From the NCBI GenBank assembly GCA_965198235.1, contig OZ240248.1, positions 4,448,001 through 4,512,000 on the forward strand: 64,000 nt of DNA, read 5' to 3'. Within the stretch, counting starts at the first letter, position 1. Every line of letters starts with the position of its first letter. Under the pieces are notes generated by a model, which was given only the letters and a program-made list of their open reading frames with translations, searched no databases and had not been told where the DNA came from. The position numbers and the translations under genes were made by a program. This DNA comes from Candidatus Poribacteria bacterium (GTDB taxonomy: Bacteria > Poribacteria > WGA-4E > WGA-3G). Below are positions 53,440-64,000 of the stretch, in pieces.

Positions 53440-53790
53440 TTACTCTTTTTCGCCCCACGATGGCTTCCTGCCGGTCAATTCTTCGAGATAACGGGCGGTT
53501 CGGTTTACCTCCGCCTTGAGTTTCCTACTTGACTTCTGTTTCGCAGAATCTTCAGCCGCGTATGTCACTCGGTAAGTGCCTTTTTTTGTCTGCAACAGGG
53601 TAAATTCACCTGGGATATTCCTGTTCACATACCGAAGCATGTCATGTAGTAGCCAATACACATCGGTGGACGAATATCGCAGTGGGTCCCGGTTAGACTT
53701 TTCGCTAACGCGGTCTAACGTCTGTTTTACAAAGTCTATAACCTCGGGAAGCGTATAGACTTTATCCTCTGTTATCTGAATATCCTTCAT
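53440..53790 (-). CDS. Hypothetical protein
   Basis: 116-aa ORF 6 bp downstream of the XdhC-family gene. Confidence 0.65.
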   Translation of the reverse strand: MKDIQITEDKVYTLPEVIDFVKQTLDRVSEKSNRDPLRYSSTDVYWLLHDMLRYVNRNIPGEFTLLQTKKGTYRVTYAAEDSAKQKSSRKLKAEVNRTARYLEELTGRKPSWGEKE

Positions 53791-53796
53791 CTTTTA

Positions 53797-54903
53797 TCAC
53801 CCCGCTATTTTAACGGTGGGCATTCGCGCCGGCTGTGCGTCAAAGGTGTCAACAGTGTCAGTAGTGTTTCGGATCTGGATGAGCTGCGATATGATGCTGA
53901 CTGCGATCTCCGGTACTGTTTTCGAGTTAATATCGAGTCCGATGGGTGCGTAAACTCGCTGAAGTTTCTCCTTGGAAATCCCTGCCTCCAGCAAATCGTC
54001 AAATATCAGTTTAATCTTGCGGCGACTGCCGATTAAGCCGATGTAACGGGCATCCGATTCAACAACACTGTGGAGTGCCGATTCATCGTGTTGATGACCA
54101 CGGGTGACAATCACAACATACGTCAGCGGGGTGATCGGATATTTTCGGAGTTCCGTTTCGATATCGCCGATGATAATTTTGTCCGCCTCCGGCAACCGCT
54201 CAGCGGAAGCAAAGTCGGCGCGGTCGTCGACAATAACAATGTCAAAGTCCAACCAACTCCCAAGATGACAGAGTGCCTGACCGACATGTCCTGCCCCTGC
54301 GATAAGCAACGTTGGTCTCGGTTGTAGCGGCTCTAAGAAGACCGAAGCCGTTTCGTTCTCCTGAAACAAGCCAGCACTGTTACGCTCAAGCACCTTCGCA
54401 GTCTCTTCTTCCACCGCCGCTTCCAAAGCCGGATCGCCTAACGTGCCGATATGTTCACCCGTGTTAGCAAAGATCATCTTCATGCCAACATCAACACCCT
54501 GCTTTTCACTCGCTACAACCGTTGCACAGACGAGTGGGACCTTTTCGGCGTTCAACGCCTGGAGTCTCTCAAACATCTCAGCTTCGGCAGACGTTTTCGG
54601 TAAATCGATAAAGATTTTCATATTCCCGCCGCAGATAAGCCCATCGTCCCAACCGTAATCGCTATCCAATTGAAACTCAAGCAGCCGCGGCACACCGTCT
54701 TGCATGAGTCCGATCGCCTGTCGCCGCGCTTCGGCTTCAACACAACCACCACCGAGAGTCCCAATGTTCCGCAAATCCGGGAGAATCAAAAGCTTTGAAC
54801 CGGGCTTCTGTGGAGTTGAGCCTTTCGTCTCTACAACAGTGCAGTATGCTCCGACTTGAGCAGACTCAATTAGTTCTGGAATTTTTTGGTATATTTCTCT
54901 CAT
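53797..54903 (-). CDS. xdhC: XdhC/CoxI molybdoenzyme maturation factor
   Basis: GSTP, GTLGGGCVE, CGG, GAGHVG, YIGLIGSRRK, PIGLDI. Confidence 0.92.
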   Translation of the reverse strand: MREIYQKIPELIESAQVGAYCTVVETKGSTPQKPGSKLLILPDLRNIGTLGGGCVEAEARRQAIGLMQDGVPRLLEFQLDSDYGWDDGLICGGNMKIFIDLPKTSAEAEMFERLQALNAEKVPLVCATVVASEKQGVDVGMKMIFANTGEHIGTLGDPALEAAVEEETAKVLERNSAGLFQENETASVFLEPLQPRPTLLIAGAGHVGQALCHLGSWLDFDIVIVDDRADFASAERLPEADKIIIGDIETELRKYPITPLTYVVIVTRGHQHDESALHSVVESDARYIGLIGSRRKIKLIFDDLLEAGISKEKLQRVYAPIGLDINSKTVPEIAVSIISQLIQIRNTTDTVDTFDAQPARMPTVKIAG

Positions 54904-55002
54904 TTTCTTTCAATGTGTCGTCCGGAACAGGACAAAAGATATACGATTACAAAATAGGAACTCACGCTAAGAAACGGGTATTAGGCCCCATCTCCGAAAG
55001 TT

Positions 55003-55914
55003 TTACGGTGCTTGGTCTTCAGCACTCTGCCCGACTAATTTTCTAAACTGCTCGCGTTGTTGCTCGGTCAACTCAAGTGGGACAATAGAAGCGACACCAT
55101 CGTATCCGACCTGTGCCGGAACATTCAGGTAAACCGATGTTGTCCCCGCTGAAATACGTGTGCCGACACTCATCACCCGTCTTTTATCAAGAGCAATAGC
55201 CGAAACAACCTGCAAAATATGACTTACCAATGTCCATTCGCCGCCCGTGGTATACAGGCAACGCTGCGCAACGGCTTCACAGAGGCTTTCAATGTCAGCT
55301 TCGGACATCAATTGAGCGAGCGGTATACCGTTCACCCGGCAGTATTGTGGAAGTGGATACGTCTCTTGGTCACTCCCGATCGCCAGAGCCGTCACGTCTT
55401 TCACGGACACATCAACACGTTTCGCAATTTCAGAGGCTAAATACGCCGTAGCAACCCCGTTTCCAAGCCCGATAATCTGCCCTCCATCAAGCGTCTGATG
55501 TATCCATGCAGAGATGTAATTCGTAGGTGATATTGCTACCAGAATCTTGGCATCGGAGGCATACTGCTGGATTCCGGTTACAAACCTTTGAACGCGAGCG
55601 ATACCTGTCGTCTTCGAGGCTTGAGGAGACCGAAAAACAGATTGACCTACCGGTGGCAACAGCACAACCACGTCTGCGTTCGCCAACCCCTCTAACGAAT
55701 CGAAAGCGGAAATCGCGGTGTCACTTGTACTTAAAGCGTTTGCTTCTACAAGATCTCGGAGGTTTGCCGGTACGCCCTCTTTTGGATGAACAAATCTATT
55801 CTTGCTCGACACAGCATCCGACACAAAGGCAACTTCACGCGCCGCCTCCGATTGACACAAGCCCCAGGCAGTCGAGACGGCTAACTGACTGTTGCCCAAT
55901 AAAGCTACTTTCAT
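55003..55914 (-). CDS. Degenerate malate/lactate dehydrogenase-fold protein
   Basis: Overall MDH layout (ANADVVV, VSVKDVTALAIG, VNGIPL, AIALDKRRV, VPAQVG) without the catalytic motifs. Confidence 0.7.
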   Translation of the reverse strand: MKVALLGNSQLAVSTAWGLCQSEAAREVAFVSDAVSSKNRFVHPKEGVPANLRDLVEANALSTSDTAISAFDSLEGLANADVVVLLPPVGQSVFRSPQASKTTGIARVQRFVTGIQQYASDAKILVAISPTNYISAWIHQTLDGGQIIGLGNGVATAYLASEIAKRVDVSVKDVTALAIGSDQETYPLPQYCRVNGIPLAQLMSEADIESLCEAVAQRCLYTTGGEWTLVSHILQVVSAIALDKRRVMSVGTRISAGTTSVYLNVPAQVGYDGVASIVPLELTEQQREQFRKLVGQSAEDQAP

Positions 55915-56032
55915 CCATCACCCTTAAAAAAATCCATTTATGTATAGGCACGATCTACAACCGCGCTTCTTGCGAAGGGAGCGCGAGGACAAAGCACTCC
56001 TGCAACATCGATATGCGTTGGCAACCTAAAAA

Positions 56033-58837
56033 TTACACCAAAAGGGTTTCAACGATTGCCTGAAATTGTTCCTCAATATATTGACGGTGGTTGTCCATTT
56101 CTGAACCGGCTGCCAGTTTTGTAGATACCAGTTCATCGTAACGCTCAACGTATTCGAGCAAGGTATCAATCTCTTTTTCATAGCAGATTGCCGATGCAAG
56201 CACCTTCTCCTTTAACAAGAGCGGAAGTTCGGCTTCCGTAATCTGTGTTAACTCCCATCGCCACACCTTTTCGGAGATATAGTTGACAAACTGATTGAGT
56301 AGATTGCCCTCAAAATCATTGCCTTGGAGTGCTTTAACTTCTTGGATGAGTCCTAACACGTGATTGAAAAGTTCATCCGGAAATTGCTGCCGCAATTCCA
56401 TAAGCAACCTGCCAGTCGTCGATATCGGAAGCTGATTTTGCAGGAGGAACATCCGCAAATTTGGATAATCCTCAACACTCTTACTATCACCGAGCCACGT
56501 TTCGTCTATCGCAGGTAAATCACTTACATCGAAACTGAGTACCTGCTGTTTCCGAATTTCTTCAAGGTTAATGGCACGCGGATCAATACCGGCTGTCACT
56601 AAAGTGGCGATAACTTCTTCTTGTCGGTAGGGTCTGAGGAAAGCCATGAGTTTCTCAACTTTTTGCTGTTCCGCCTCAATCGCCTCAGTGTTCACGGCAC
56701 CGTTACTTCGTGCTTGCCCACGCTTCCGTTTCTTCCCTTTTTGAGGGGCATTCGCGAGCCGCCCTGCCCGTTTTGCCAAAGTGTCATGATAACCCAGCAA
56801 TTCCTCGTAAAGCGTTGCAAGTAGGGTATCCCCATGGATAGCAAGCATCGCCGCCGTTGTAACATTTGCCAATTCGTGTCCGGTCTTTGAGAGAATCGCC
56901 CGGTTCAGGTTACGCTCTATTAATTTACGGTCCTTCTCAGCTTGGATAATAAGCGCGCTTCCCAACATGAGGTTGATTAACCTTTTGGTCTGATCAGGCA
57001 CACTGAGATTAATATCACAAGTAGGTTGAATATCAGCAAGGAGCCGCTCACGTAGCCTACCATCAAGCACCAACACCCACAAAGTTGCGTAATGCTGTTG
57101 CTCGTCCACTGCTGCAGGCATATTCTGCAACCATTGCTTTATAGTTGGTAAATGCAGTTTTACATGGTCAAGCAACTGCGAGAAAGTGTCATCAGGAATC
57201 TCAAAACCCGCAAAATTGGTAGCACTTCCTCGATACTGCGTCTGCTGACTTCGGCGCTGTGTTTGCCCTGTCTTAGCTGCTAATAGGAGATTGATTAACG
57301 GTTGAATAACGGTTTCAAAATCCCGCTTGTGTTGACCCGCGAAGTTCGCGAGCTCCAGCAATTCCAACCAGATGGTTGTCAAACGTTCGACTTGAGTCGC
57401 ATGCAAAGTCGAGCGAAGGGTTATACCTGCCATTTTCTCACGCACCGTTCCACGCGTCCATTGCGGCAAGTAAATTTCGTTTAAGAGTTCGTTGTTCTCA
57501 AAAGTTGAGATCTCAACCTGCTTGACGAGTTCGGTTTCAATAAAGTCCTGTTCAAACACCAGATCATGAAACAATCCAGCAGCTTGATCCAGCACCTGAT
57601 TCGCCAGTTTGTAGGAGGATTGAATGAGGTGATTCAGGGTTAACTGTTGATTATCCTGTAGCTGCCAAAATTCTATCATGGGGTCAATATTCTCTTTGAG
57701 CACTTCGGTTTTCGCCGCTGCGACTGATGCCTCAAAATGTTCGGTGAGATATTCCCCATAGAATTCGACGAAAGCAAGCATAGTATTCCGTAATTCACGG
57801 ATCACCAGATCGTCCCATACCTTATTATGGACACGTTGTCCAGGTCCAAGGACAAGGGCTTTCAAACGGGTTTCCACCCCCTGTTGGAATTGCGCCATGA
57901 GTTGATAGGCGTTCTGGTTGGCTTTCACCGTGTACGTTTCGATTTTCTTCGAACTCTCACTAATTGCGGTTTCAATTTCCTCAGCGGGCGCGTTGAACGC
58001 GATAGGTACTAACCGCAGCGTCTCCGGTTCAAGAGGATCGTAAACCGCCGCTGTGGCAAGCACTCGAATGGGATCAAACTCTTCTTTAATTGTCTCCGAT
58101 GTCTCTACATCTTGATCATCAAATATATTAGACAGTCGAGTATGAAGTGTTAAACCGTACCCCAAATCGATCAGGTCAGGGTACTGCTTAATATGGGTTC
58201 TGATAACCACAAAGAGCAGATTGTAGTCCCGCGCGAGTATTTGGTCAAAAAGAGCATCTTCATTGAGATGCACGCGATGAATGTGGGTTTGCTCTGGAAT
58301 GATAACAGTAGCCGGAGGCATCACCCCAGTATCAGTAGGATCAATATTTGCGAGCACATACCCACCAGTTTTGATGGTACTGGGTATTGTCAAGCGTGCT
58401 TTCAAAACATCCTGAGTGAGTTCGGAAAGCGTTAGGGATTTTCCCAAGTTTTGAATAGCGATGTCCGAGACGATGCCATCGGCGAAATCTGTGATTTGGC
58501 GCGCATTCCGCTCCAATTCTTGTATGCTTCTGTGAACACGGTCATAGTCGTCCTGTGTCTCGGCTGTGACCTTCGCCTCGTCGATCCAGGAAGCCCATGC
58601 CCCTGGACGTGGACGCATCTTCACTGTAAGTTCGCCATCTTCTGAGTCAAAACCGGGTAGAATGTCGCCCTCTGAACTTTCTTTTGGTGTCCAAACGATC
58701 AGATGTTTATCCGACTTCACACCAAGTCCCAAGCCAAAGGTATCTCCCCAACTCATCCGTCCCTCAATACTGGATTTGATTTTATCAGTCAACGCGAGAA
58801 GCGTTTCCGAACGAAAATTAAGCGATAATCCTTGCAT
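56033..58837 (-). CDS. Large hypothetical protein (934 aa)
   Basis: Long uninterrupted ORF; no domain recognised. Confidence 0.8.
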   Translation of the reverse strand: MQGLSLNFRSETLLALTDKIKSSIEGRMSWGDTFGLGLGVKSDKHLIVWTPKESSEGDILPGFDSEDGELTVKMRPRPGAWASWIDEAKVTAETQDDYDRVHRSIQELERNARQITDFADGIVSDIAIQNLGKSLTLSELTQDVLKARLTIPSTIKTGGYVLANIDPTDTGVMPPATVIIPEQTHIHRVHLNEDALFDQILARDYNLLFVVIRTHIKQYPDLIDLGYGLTLHTRLSNIFDDQDVETSETIKEEFDPIRVLATAAVYDPLEPETLRLVPIAFNAPAEEIETAISESSKKIETYTVKANQNAYQLMAQFQQGVETRLKALVLGPGQRVHNKVWDDLVIRELRNTMLAFVEFYGEYLTEHFEASVAAAKTEVLKENIDPMIEFWQLQDNQQLTLNHLIQSSYKLANQVLDQAAGLFHDLVFEQDFIETELVKQVEISTFENNELLNEIYLPQWTRGTVREKMAGITLRSTLHATQVERLTTIWLELLELANFAGQHKRDFETVIQPLINLLLAAKTGQTQRRSQQTQYRGSATNFAGFEIPDDTFSQLLDHVKLHLPTIKQWLQNMPAAVDEQQHYATLWVLVLDGRLRERLLADIQPTCDINLSVPDQTKRLINLMLGSALIIQAEKDRKLIERNLNRAILSKTGHELANVTTAAMLAIHGDTLLATLYEELLGYHDTLAKRAGRLANAPQKGKKRKRGQARSNGAVNTEAIEAEQQKVEKLMAFLRPYRQEEVIATLVTAGIDPRAINLEEIRKQQVLSFDVSDLPAIDETWLGDSKSVEDYPNLRMFLLQNQLPISTTGRLLMELRQQFPDELFNHVLGLIQEVKALQGNDFEGNLLNQFVNYISEKVWRWELTQITEAELPLLLKEKVLASAICYEKEIDTLLEYVERYDELVSTKLAAGSEMDNHRQYIEEQFQAIVETLLV

Positions 58838-58870
58838 TAGGTCGATTCGATTGTACGCCTTTCAAATAAA

Positions 58871-59425
58871 TTAGTGAATTTCGAGTCCCCATGCGTCCCA
58901 GCCTTGGTACTGCTTTCGTGCGAACAGTTCAATCTTACACTGCTGTGGAAACATTTTCTCAATCCGTTCACGCACGGCATCGGGTTTTTCAGAGTGGCGT
59001 GTCCGTTTAACCTGAACGAGTTGCCTCATATTTCTTGCCCCTCGCGGCTGCGGAATTTTACCACGTCTGAAAACAAGGCATAACTCACATTGACTCATCG
59101 TGTAGAAACCGGGGTTCGGGCGTTGTTTATCCCAGACAAAAGCGACTGTTGCCCACCGAAATCCCCACGCCTTGCCAAGCTGAATCGCCTGATCGAGATG
59201 TGGAGAAGAGCTCCACATAAAAAGCAGACAATTCTCTTCGCTAATTGAGGCAACATCCCATATTTTCATTTCTGAGACCGGGACAGTCGGATAATGTCGA
59301 ATCGCGCCGCCACTCTCCTTGCCACCACTACCTGTGTGTTGGAGCTGTCCCCTGTAATCCCACGGCGGATCGGCGTATATGATGCTGTACTTTTTATTCG
59401 GGAAGGGAGCGTATGATGCCATCAA
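58871..59425 (-). CDS. MT-A70-family adenine methyltransferase
   Basis: IIYADPPW, LFMW, WGF, FVWDK, HSEKP, IELFAR, GWDAWG. Confidence 0.92.
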   Translation of the reverse strand: MMASYAPFPNKKYSIIYADPPWDYRGQLQHTGSGGKESGGAIRHYPTVPVSEMKIWDVASISEENCLLFMWSSSPHLDQAIQLGKAWGFRWATVAFVWDKQRPNPGFYTMSQCELCLVFRRGKIPQPRGARNMRQLVQVKRTRHSEKPDAVRERIEKMFPQQCKIELFARKQYQGWDAWGLEIH

Positions 59426-59443
59426 TTATCTCGACCGGTCCAC

Positions 59444-59992
59444 CTATTTTGCTTCAACACTAAGCCCTTCTTGCGAGATGTCGTTGTTTGCGACGAGCAT
59501 GTCCCGATCAAAGATGAAGTCACTGCGGGAACTTCCAAGACTTTCTCCCTCTTTTTGACGTTCACGGAAGTATTGAGGGAGCGTTAACCCTGTCATCCGG
59601 ATAGCATCTTCAGGGCAAGCCTCGATGCAATAACCACAAAATATGCAACGGAGCATATTGATTTCAAAGACATCAGGGTATTTTTCGCGCTGATAGCCTT
59701 CCTTGGTTTGCCAACCGTCCGGGGCAGGTGCCGCCTGAATTGTGATGCAATCCGCAGGACAAGCAGTCGCGCACAAAAAACATGCTACGCACTTAATCTC
59801 GTCTTTTTCTGTCACCGTCAGTTTGTGAATGCCACGGTACCTATCGTTCCGTTCATCCACACTCCGAGGATCTTCAGGGTACTGATATGTCAACTTCTTT
59901 TTCGGAATATGTTTCAGGGTAGTAAACATCCCCTTAATCAACGCAGGGATATAGAGCCTATCCCAAAAAGACATTTCTTCGTTAACTTTCAT
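59444..59992 (-). CDS. nuoI: NADH-quinone oxidoreductase subunit I
   Basis: TYQYP, RG.H, two CxxCxxCxxxCP motifs, INMLRCIFCGYC. Confidence 0.92.
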   Translation of the reverse strand: MKVNEEMSFWDRLYIPALIKGMFTTLKHIPKKKLTYQYPEDPRSVDERNDRYRGIHKLTVTEKDEIKCVACFLCATACPADCITIQAAPAPDGWQTKEGYQREKYPDVFEINMLRCIFCGYCIEACPEDAIRMTGLTLPQYFRERQKEGESLGSSRSDFIFDRDMLVANNDISQEGLSVEAK

Positions 59993-60133
59993 TTTTCTAC
60001 TTATGGCCTCCTGGACTGCCCTCCCCTACAAACATTGCTTCGCAGTGAGAACCCTACGGGGTTCAAGAAGGAATTCTTTTTAAGCACCCCAGCGGGGGGC
60101 AATGTCTATGGGGAAAAGGTGTCCCAATAATAG

Positions 60134-61633
60134 TTATGGAGAAAGATTCGCTCCTGTGTAGTTCGGTGCTTCCTCAGTAATATCGATATCGTGGGGATGG
60201 CTTTCTCGATAGCCACTGCTTGACATCCGTACAAATTGGCAATCCCTACGTAACGCCTCAATGTCCGAAGCCCCGCAATAGCCCATTGCCGAGCGGATGC
60301 CACCGACCAATTGATAAACAAAACTGCTGAGTTTCCCTTTATGTGGCACACGTCCCTCAATCCCACGCGGGACAAGTTTGGAAATATCTTCACTATTCTC
60401 CTCTGAAAGTTGGGCATTTCGTTTCCGTAATGCCCCTAATGACCCCATTCCGCGGTGAATCTTATATGTTCTCCCTTGATAGATGACAGTATCCCCGGGA
60501 CTCTCGTCCGTCCCAGCAAGTAAACTACCAATCATCACAGAATTCGCACCTGCACCAATGGCTTTCGCAATGTCCCCAGAATAGCGAATACCACCATCAG
60601 CAATAATCGGCACACCTGATTTATCGGCTTCCTGGGCACAATCGTAAATTGCTGTAATTTGCGGAATACTCACGCCTGCTACTATACGAGTTGTGCAGAT
60701 AGAGCCGGGACCAACACCGACCTTTACTGCATCCGCACCTGCATCAATGAGGCTTCGCGTCCCTTCAGGTGTAACAACATTCCCAGCGACAAGTTCAATA
60801 TCTGAGAAATGAGACTTAATGTACTCTGCCGATCGGATCACGTTTTTGGAATGTCCATGTGCTGTATCCAATACGAGCACATCTACACCAGCCTCCACTA
60901 ACCGGTCAACGTTCTCCAAGGGTGTTGAAGGCAGAACAGCGGCACCAACGCGTAAACGTCCAGCACCATCCTTACACGCTTGCGGAAACATCTGGACTTT
61001 GTCAATATCTTTGATAGTAATTAGTCCACAGAGTCGAAAATCGTCATCCACAATCGGCAGTTTTTCTTTCCGAGATCTGTGGAGTACCGCTTTGGCTTTA
61101 TCAAGTGTAATTCCGGGGGACGCGGTAATCAATTTCTCACCCGGTGTCATTCGGGCGGTTACAGGGAGTTCCAGATTGTCTTCGTACTTGAGATCTCGGT
61201 TAGTAATCAAACCAACGAGGTAACCATCCTCTGTTACGATAGGGACACCACCGATGCGGTAACGTGCTGTTACGTCTAAAGCATCGCGAATCGTTTTATC
61301 CTGCGTCAGTGTAATCGGTGCGGTAATCATACCGCTTTCCGATCGTTTCACCCGATCGACTTCAGATACCTGCTCATCAATAGTGCAGTTATAGTGAATT
61401 ATTCCGATGCCTCCCTCCCGTGCGATTGCAATAGCAAGAGTCGATTCCGTGACAGTATCCATAGGGGCACTACAGATAGGAATGTTTAGCCGGAGATTAC
61501 GTGTCAGTTGTGTACCCGTATCTACGTGATCCGGTAGCACATCCGATTCAGCCGGAATCAGCAAAACATCGTCGAAAGTTAACCCTTCTTTTGCAAATTT
61601 CGGGGGGAAGACATCGGAAATTTTGGTCTTCAT
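60134..61633 (-). CDS. guaB: IMP dehydrogenase-family protein with CBS pair (atypical flap)
   Basis: [39 protein letters not shown]. Confidence 0.85.
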   Translation of the reverse strand: MKTKISDVFPPKFAKEGLTFDDVLLIPAESDVLPDHVDTGTQLTRNLRLNIPICSAPMDTVTESTLAIAIAREGGIGIIHYNCTIDEQVSEVDRVKRSESGMITAPITLTQDKTIRDALDVTARYRIGGVPIVTEDGYLVGLITNRDLKYEDNLELPVTARMTPGEKLITASPGITLDKAKAVLHRSRKEKLPIVDDDFRLCGLITIKDIDKVQMFPQACKDGAGRLRVGAAVLPSTPLENVDRLVEAGVDVLVLDTAHGHSKNVIRSAEYIKSHFSDIELVAGNVVTPEGTRSLIDAGADAVKVGVGPGSICTTRIVAGVSIPQITAIYDCAQEADKSGVPIIADGGIRYSGDIAKAIGAGANSVMIGSLLAGTDESPGDTVIYQGRTYKIHRGMGSLGALRKRNAQLSEENSEDISKLVPRGIEGRVPHKGKLSSFVYQLVGGIRSAMGYCGASDIEALRRDCQFVRMSSSGYRESHPHDIDITEEAPNYTGANLSP

Positions 61634-61761
61634 CGGAATCATCTCCTTCATTGCGGTTGAGATGGACAGAATAGGTTCAGGAACGATGCCGAGTAACATC
61701 GCTTGCGGGATCCCATATTGCACGTTTACCTGAAAAAAGCACTATTCTCCAATTCCCACAT

Positions 61762-61790
61762 ATCATAGCATATTTTCTCTCTTGTGTCAA
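61762..61790 (-). promoter_or_regulatory. Sigma70 promoter of the guaB-like gene
   Basis: TTGACA-17 bp-TATGAT on the minus strand. Confidence 0.6.
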
Positions 61791-62148
61791 AATATTTGTC
61801 GTGCCAATACGAAGAGGGTTCCGATTCCCTTCCAGACCGGCACCTACCAAACGGACTTATAGAATGAAGCCAATATTTCTTCATCATTAATTATATCGGA
61901 AAATGGAAAATATATCAACCAATTTTTTCCAGATCCATTTAGCTTCCGGTTTTCTGTCAATTGTATCGGATAGGCCTCGACATGGAGATCGTTCCTACAG
62001 AAGAACTGAACGTGTCTGCAATTTTCCACCTCAAAAATCTATACCCGTGATATAATACCTTCAACTACCCGTGTGCGTTTGGGTTGTATCAGTATGTGTT
62101 TGATAAGCTACACTCGCCAACGCCTACGGGACTTAAAGGAGCCGTAAA

Positions 62149-63192
62149 ATGGATAATTTAAACGTTGGAATTGTCGGGCTCGGTTGGGTAGCCGGTGCTC
62201 ACATCGAAGCCTTCAAAGCTATTACAGGTTCGGATGTCACTGCCATCTGTTCACGTCGAGAACACGATGAATCTGTATTGGCAGAAACATACGGGACACC
62301 TCTCAAAGCTTATACCGATTTTGACAAAATGCTTGCGGATCCGGATGTCCACATCATCGATATTTGTACGCCACATCCCTTTCATGCCGAACAAGCCATC
62401 GCTGCTGCCCAAGCGGGAAAACATCTCATCATAGAAAAACCGATCTGCCTTACATACGAGGATGCGAAAGCTATCCGTGCTGCTGTCAAAAGCACAGGCG
62501 TTAACGTCTGTGTATGCTTTGAATGCCGATACAGCGCACACTTTACGATGATCCGCTCCGTAATCGACAACGGATTACTCGGGGAACTCCACTACGCCGA
62601 AGTCGATTATTACCACGGCATCGGACCCTGGTACGGACAATACGAATGGAACATCAAAAAAGACTTCGGTGGTAGCACCCTACTCACTGCTGGGTGCCAT
62701 GCGCTCGATGCCCTCCTCTTTTTTATGGATGGAAACGTTGAAGAGGTAACGAGTTACCACACACAATCCACAGGCGCGTATTTTCAACCCTACGAATATA
62801 AAACAACGAGCGTCAGTCTCCTTAAGTTTGAAGGTGGCGGAAAAATAGGGAAAGTCACCTCCTGTGTCGATTGCTTACAGCCTTATTACTTCCATATTCA
62901 CCTTGTCGGCAGCGAGGGAAGTCTGCTCGACAACCGCATCTATTCCGCGAAACTTCACGGTATGGATAAGAGCAAATGGAGTACGCTTGAGACCTCGCTC
63001 ATTGATTCTGGTGATGTCAGCGACCATCCGTATGAACCGCAATTCCAAGCGTTCATAGACAGCGTCAGACAAAATGAACCGATGCCGCTGACCGATTTTG
63101 ACACGGCATTTGAAACACATCGCGTCGTCTTTGCTTCCGACATGTCGGCAGAAGCAAGCGGTAGAACCGTTAAACTGTCCGAACTCGATTAA
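62149..63192 (+). CDS. Gfo/Idh/MocA oxidoreductase
   Basis: [18 protein letters not shown]. Confidence 0.9.
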   Translation: MDNLNVGIVGLGWVAGAHIEAFKAITGSDVTAICSRREHDESVLAETYGTPLKAYTDFDKMLADPDVHIIDICTPHPFHAEQAIAAAQAGKHLIIEKPICLTYEDAKAIRAAVKSTGVNVCVCFECRYSAHFTMIRSVIDNGLLGELHYAEVDYYHGIGPWYGQYEWNIKKDFGGSTLLTAGCHALDALLFFMDGNVEEVTSYHTQSTGAYFQPYEYKTTSVSLLKFEGGGKIGKVTSCVDCLQPYYFHIHLVGSEGSLLDNRIYSAKLHGMDKSKWSTLETSLIDSGDVSDHPYEPQFQAFIDSVRQNEPMPLTDFDTAFETHRVVFASDMSAEASGRTVKLSELD

Positions 63193-63193
63193 A

Positions 63194-63778
63194 TTACCAC
63201 CGCATCGCTGCCTCGCGATAGAGTTGAATCTGTTCCATATTGCGAGGCACAGCCACGTGGATAGATCTGCGTTTCCGATTCACATCTCTGAGTACAATGG
63301 GTGCGCGAAGCATATTTGTCATCGTAACAATGCCGGAATGATAAAAAGTCCACATGCGTTGCTCGGTGTAAGGGTTTAGAACGTACTCTGAAGTGTGTTC
63401 AGAAGGATGCCCACCTACGTCAACAAAGAGGTCATGCTTCGGGTACTCCAGTTCGACACTCATATCATGCCCCTGTAAAAGCAGTTTTTCAGGCGGCGGT
63501 TTCGGTGAATATCCACTCAGTTTACATTTCCGAATCCGGATAGGCGCGCTTGATTTGTTAATCAGGTGCAACGAGACAACGATAGCGAGGCGATGGTTAT
63601 CGTCGCGGTTGATAAACCACGTATCTTCTGGGATAATCTCTACCGTTAACCCCGGAATCTGTCTTTTCCTGTTGTAGACAATCGCCAATGCTACAAAACT
63701 GATGAAGCCGAGGATCACCCAATTTCCGGTGGGAGTGGCTAAGAATTGAAGCAACTGCTTTAACGCTTGTTGTAGCAC
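63194..63778 (-). CDS. Hypothetical membrane-anchored protein
   Basis: N-terminal TM helix; overlaps the end of tsaC. Confidence 0.7.
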   Translation of the reverse strand: MLQQALKQLLQFLATPTGNWVILGFISFVALAIVYNRKRQIPGLTVEIIPEDTWFINRDDNHRLAIVVSLHLINKSSAPIRIRKCKLSGYSPKPPPEKLLLQGHDMSVELEYPKHDLFVDVGGHPSEHTSEYVLNPYTEQRMWTFYHSGIVTMTNMLRAPIVLRDVNRKRRSIHVAVPRNMEQIQLYREAAMRW

Positions 63779-64000
63779 GCGAACTCCTTGGCGAGTGTTT
63801 CTTCTGAAATCACGCCGTGTCGTCGAACAAGTGGCGGCGAGACAGAAATGTCGTAAACTGTAGAAGGGATGGGACCCGGGGTCTTCCCTCCATCGACTAT
63901 CACATCAATTCGTGAGGAGAGTTTTTCACCAATTTCTTGAGCAGAGGTGGCTGGCGATTCTCCAGAGAGGTTCGCGCTCGTTATTGCCATCGGTCCACCA
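63760..64000 (-). CDS. tsaC: TsaC/Sua5 threonylcarbamoyl-AMP synthase, 3' part (runs off the window)
   Basis: ITSANLSG, VDGG, PSTV, RHGVI. Confidence 0.88.
   Translation of the reverse strand, partial: GGPMAITSANLSGESPATSAQEIGEKLSSRIDVIVDGGKTPGPIPSTVYDISVSPPLVRRHGVISEETLAKEFACYNKR

Overview
64-kb bacterial chromosomal segment, most consistent with the sponge-associated phylum Ca. Poribacteria (inferred from a LamG protein ending GKIAVTWGRLK, six PhyH-family dioxygenases, a BMC shell gene, and ASPIC/UnbV, TPR and WD40 proteins). Housekeeping genes (mutS, mtaB, ligA, icd, nuoI, guaB-like, tsaC) are interleaved with defence and toxin-antitoxin modules: a type III R-M locus with a disrupted res gene, IrrE-DUF4411, TPR-UPF0175/DUF3368, several PIN pairs and AAA ATPase modules. 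Intergenic DNA is dense with GTAG-type REP hairpins and short inverted-repeat elements nested in one another. Main findings: (1) a nested miniature-element system, in which one ~28-bp terminal-repeat pair encloses three unrelated cargos and a 20-nt unit is inserted into three different REP families; (2) a UvrD helicase carrying a degenerate RecJ-DHH domain that itself contains a DnaQ exonuclease; (3) an IMPDH homolog lacking both known water-activating residue sets; (4) PhyH enzymes with halogenase-type HxA/HxG motifs; (5) a REP hairpin translated in frame inside mtaB. No rRNA, tRNA, CRISPR array, transposase or reverse transcriptase was recognised. All family assignments come from motif recognition by eye, not database searches.
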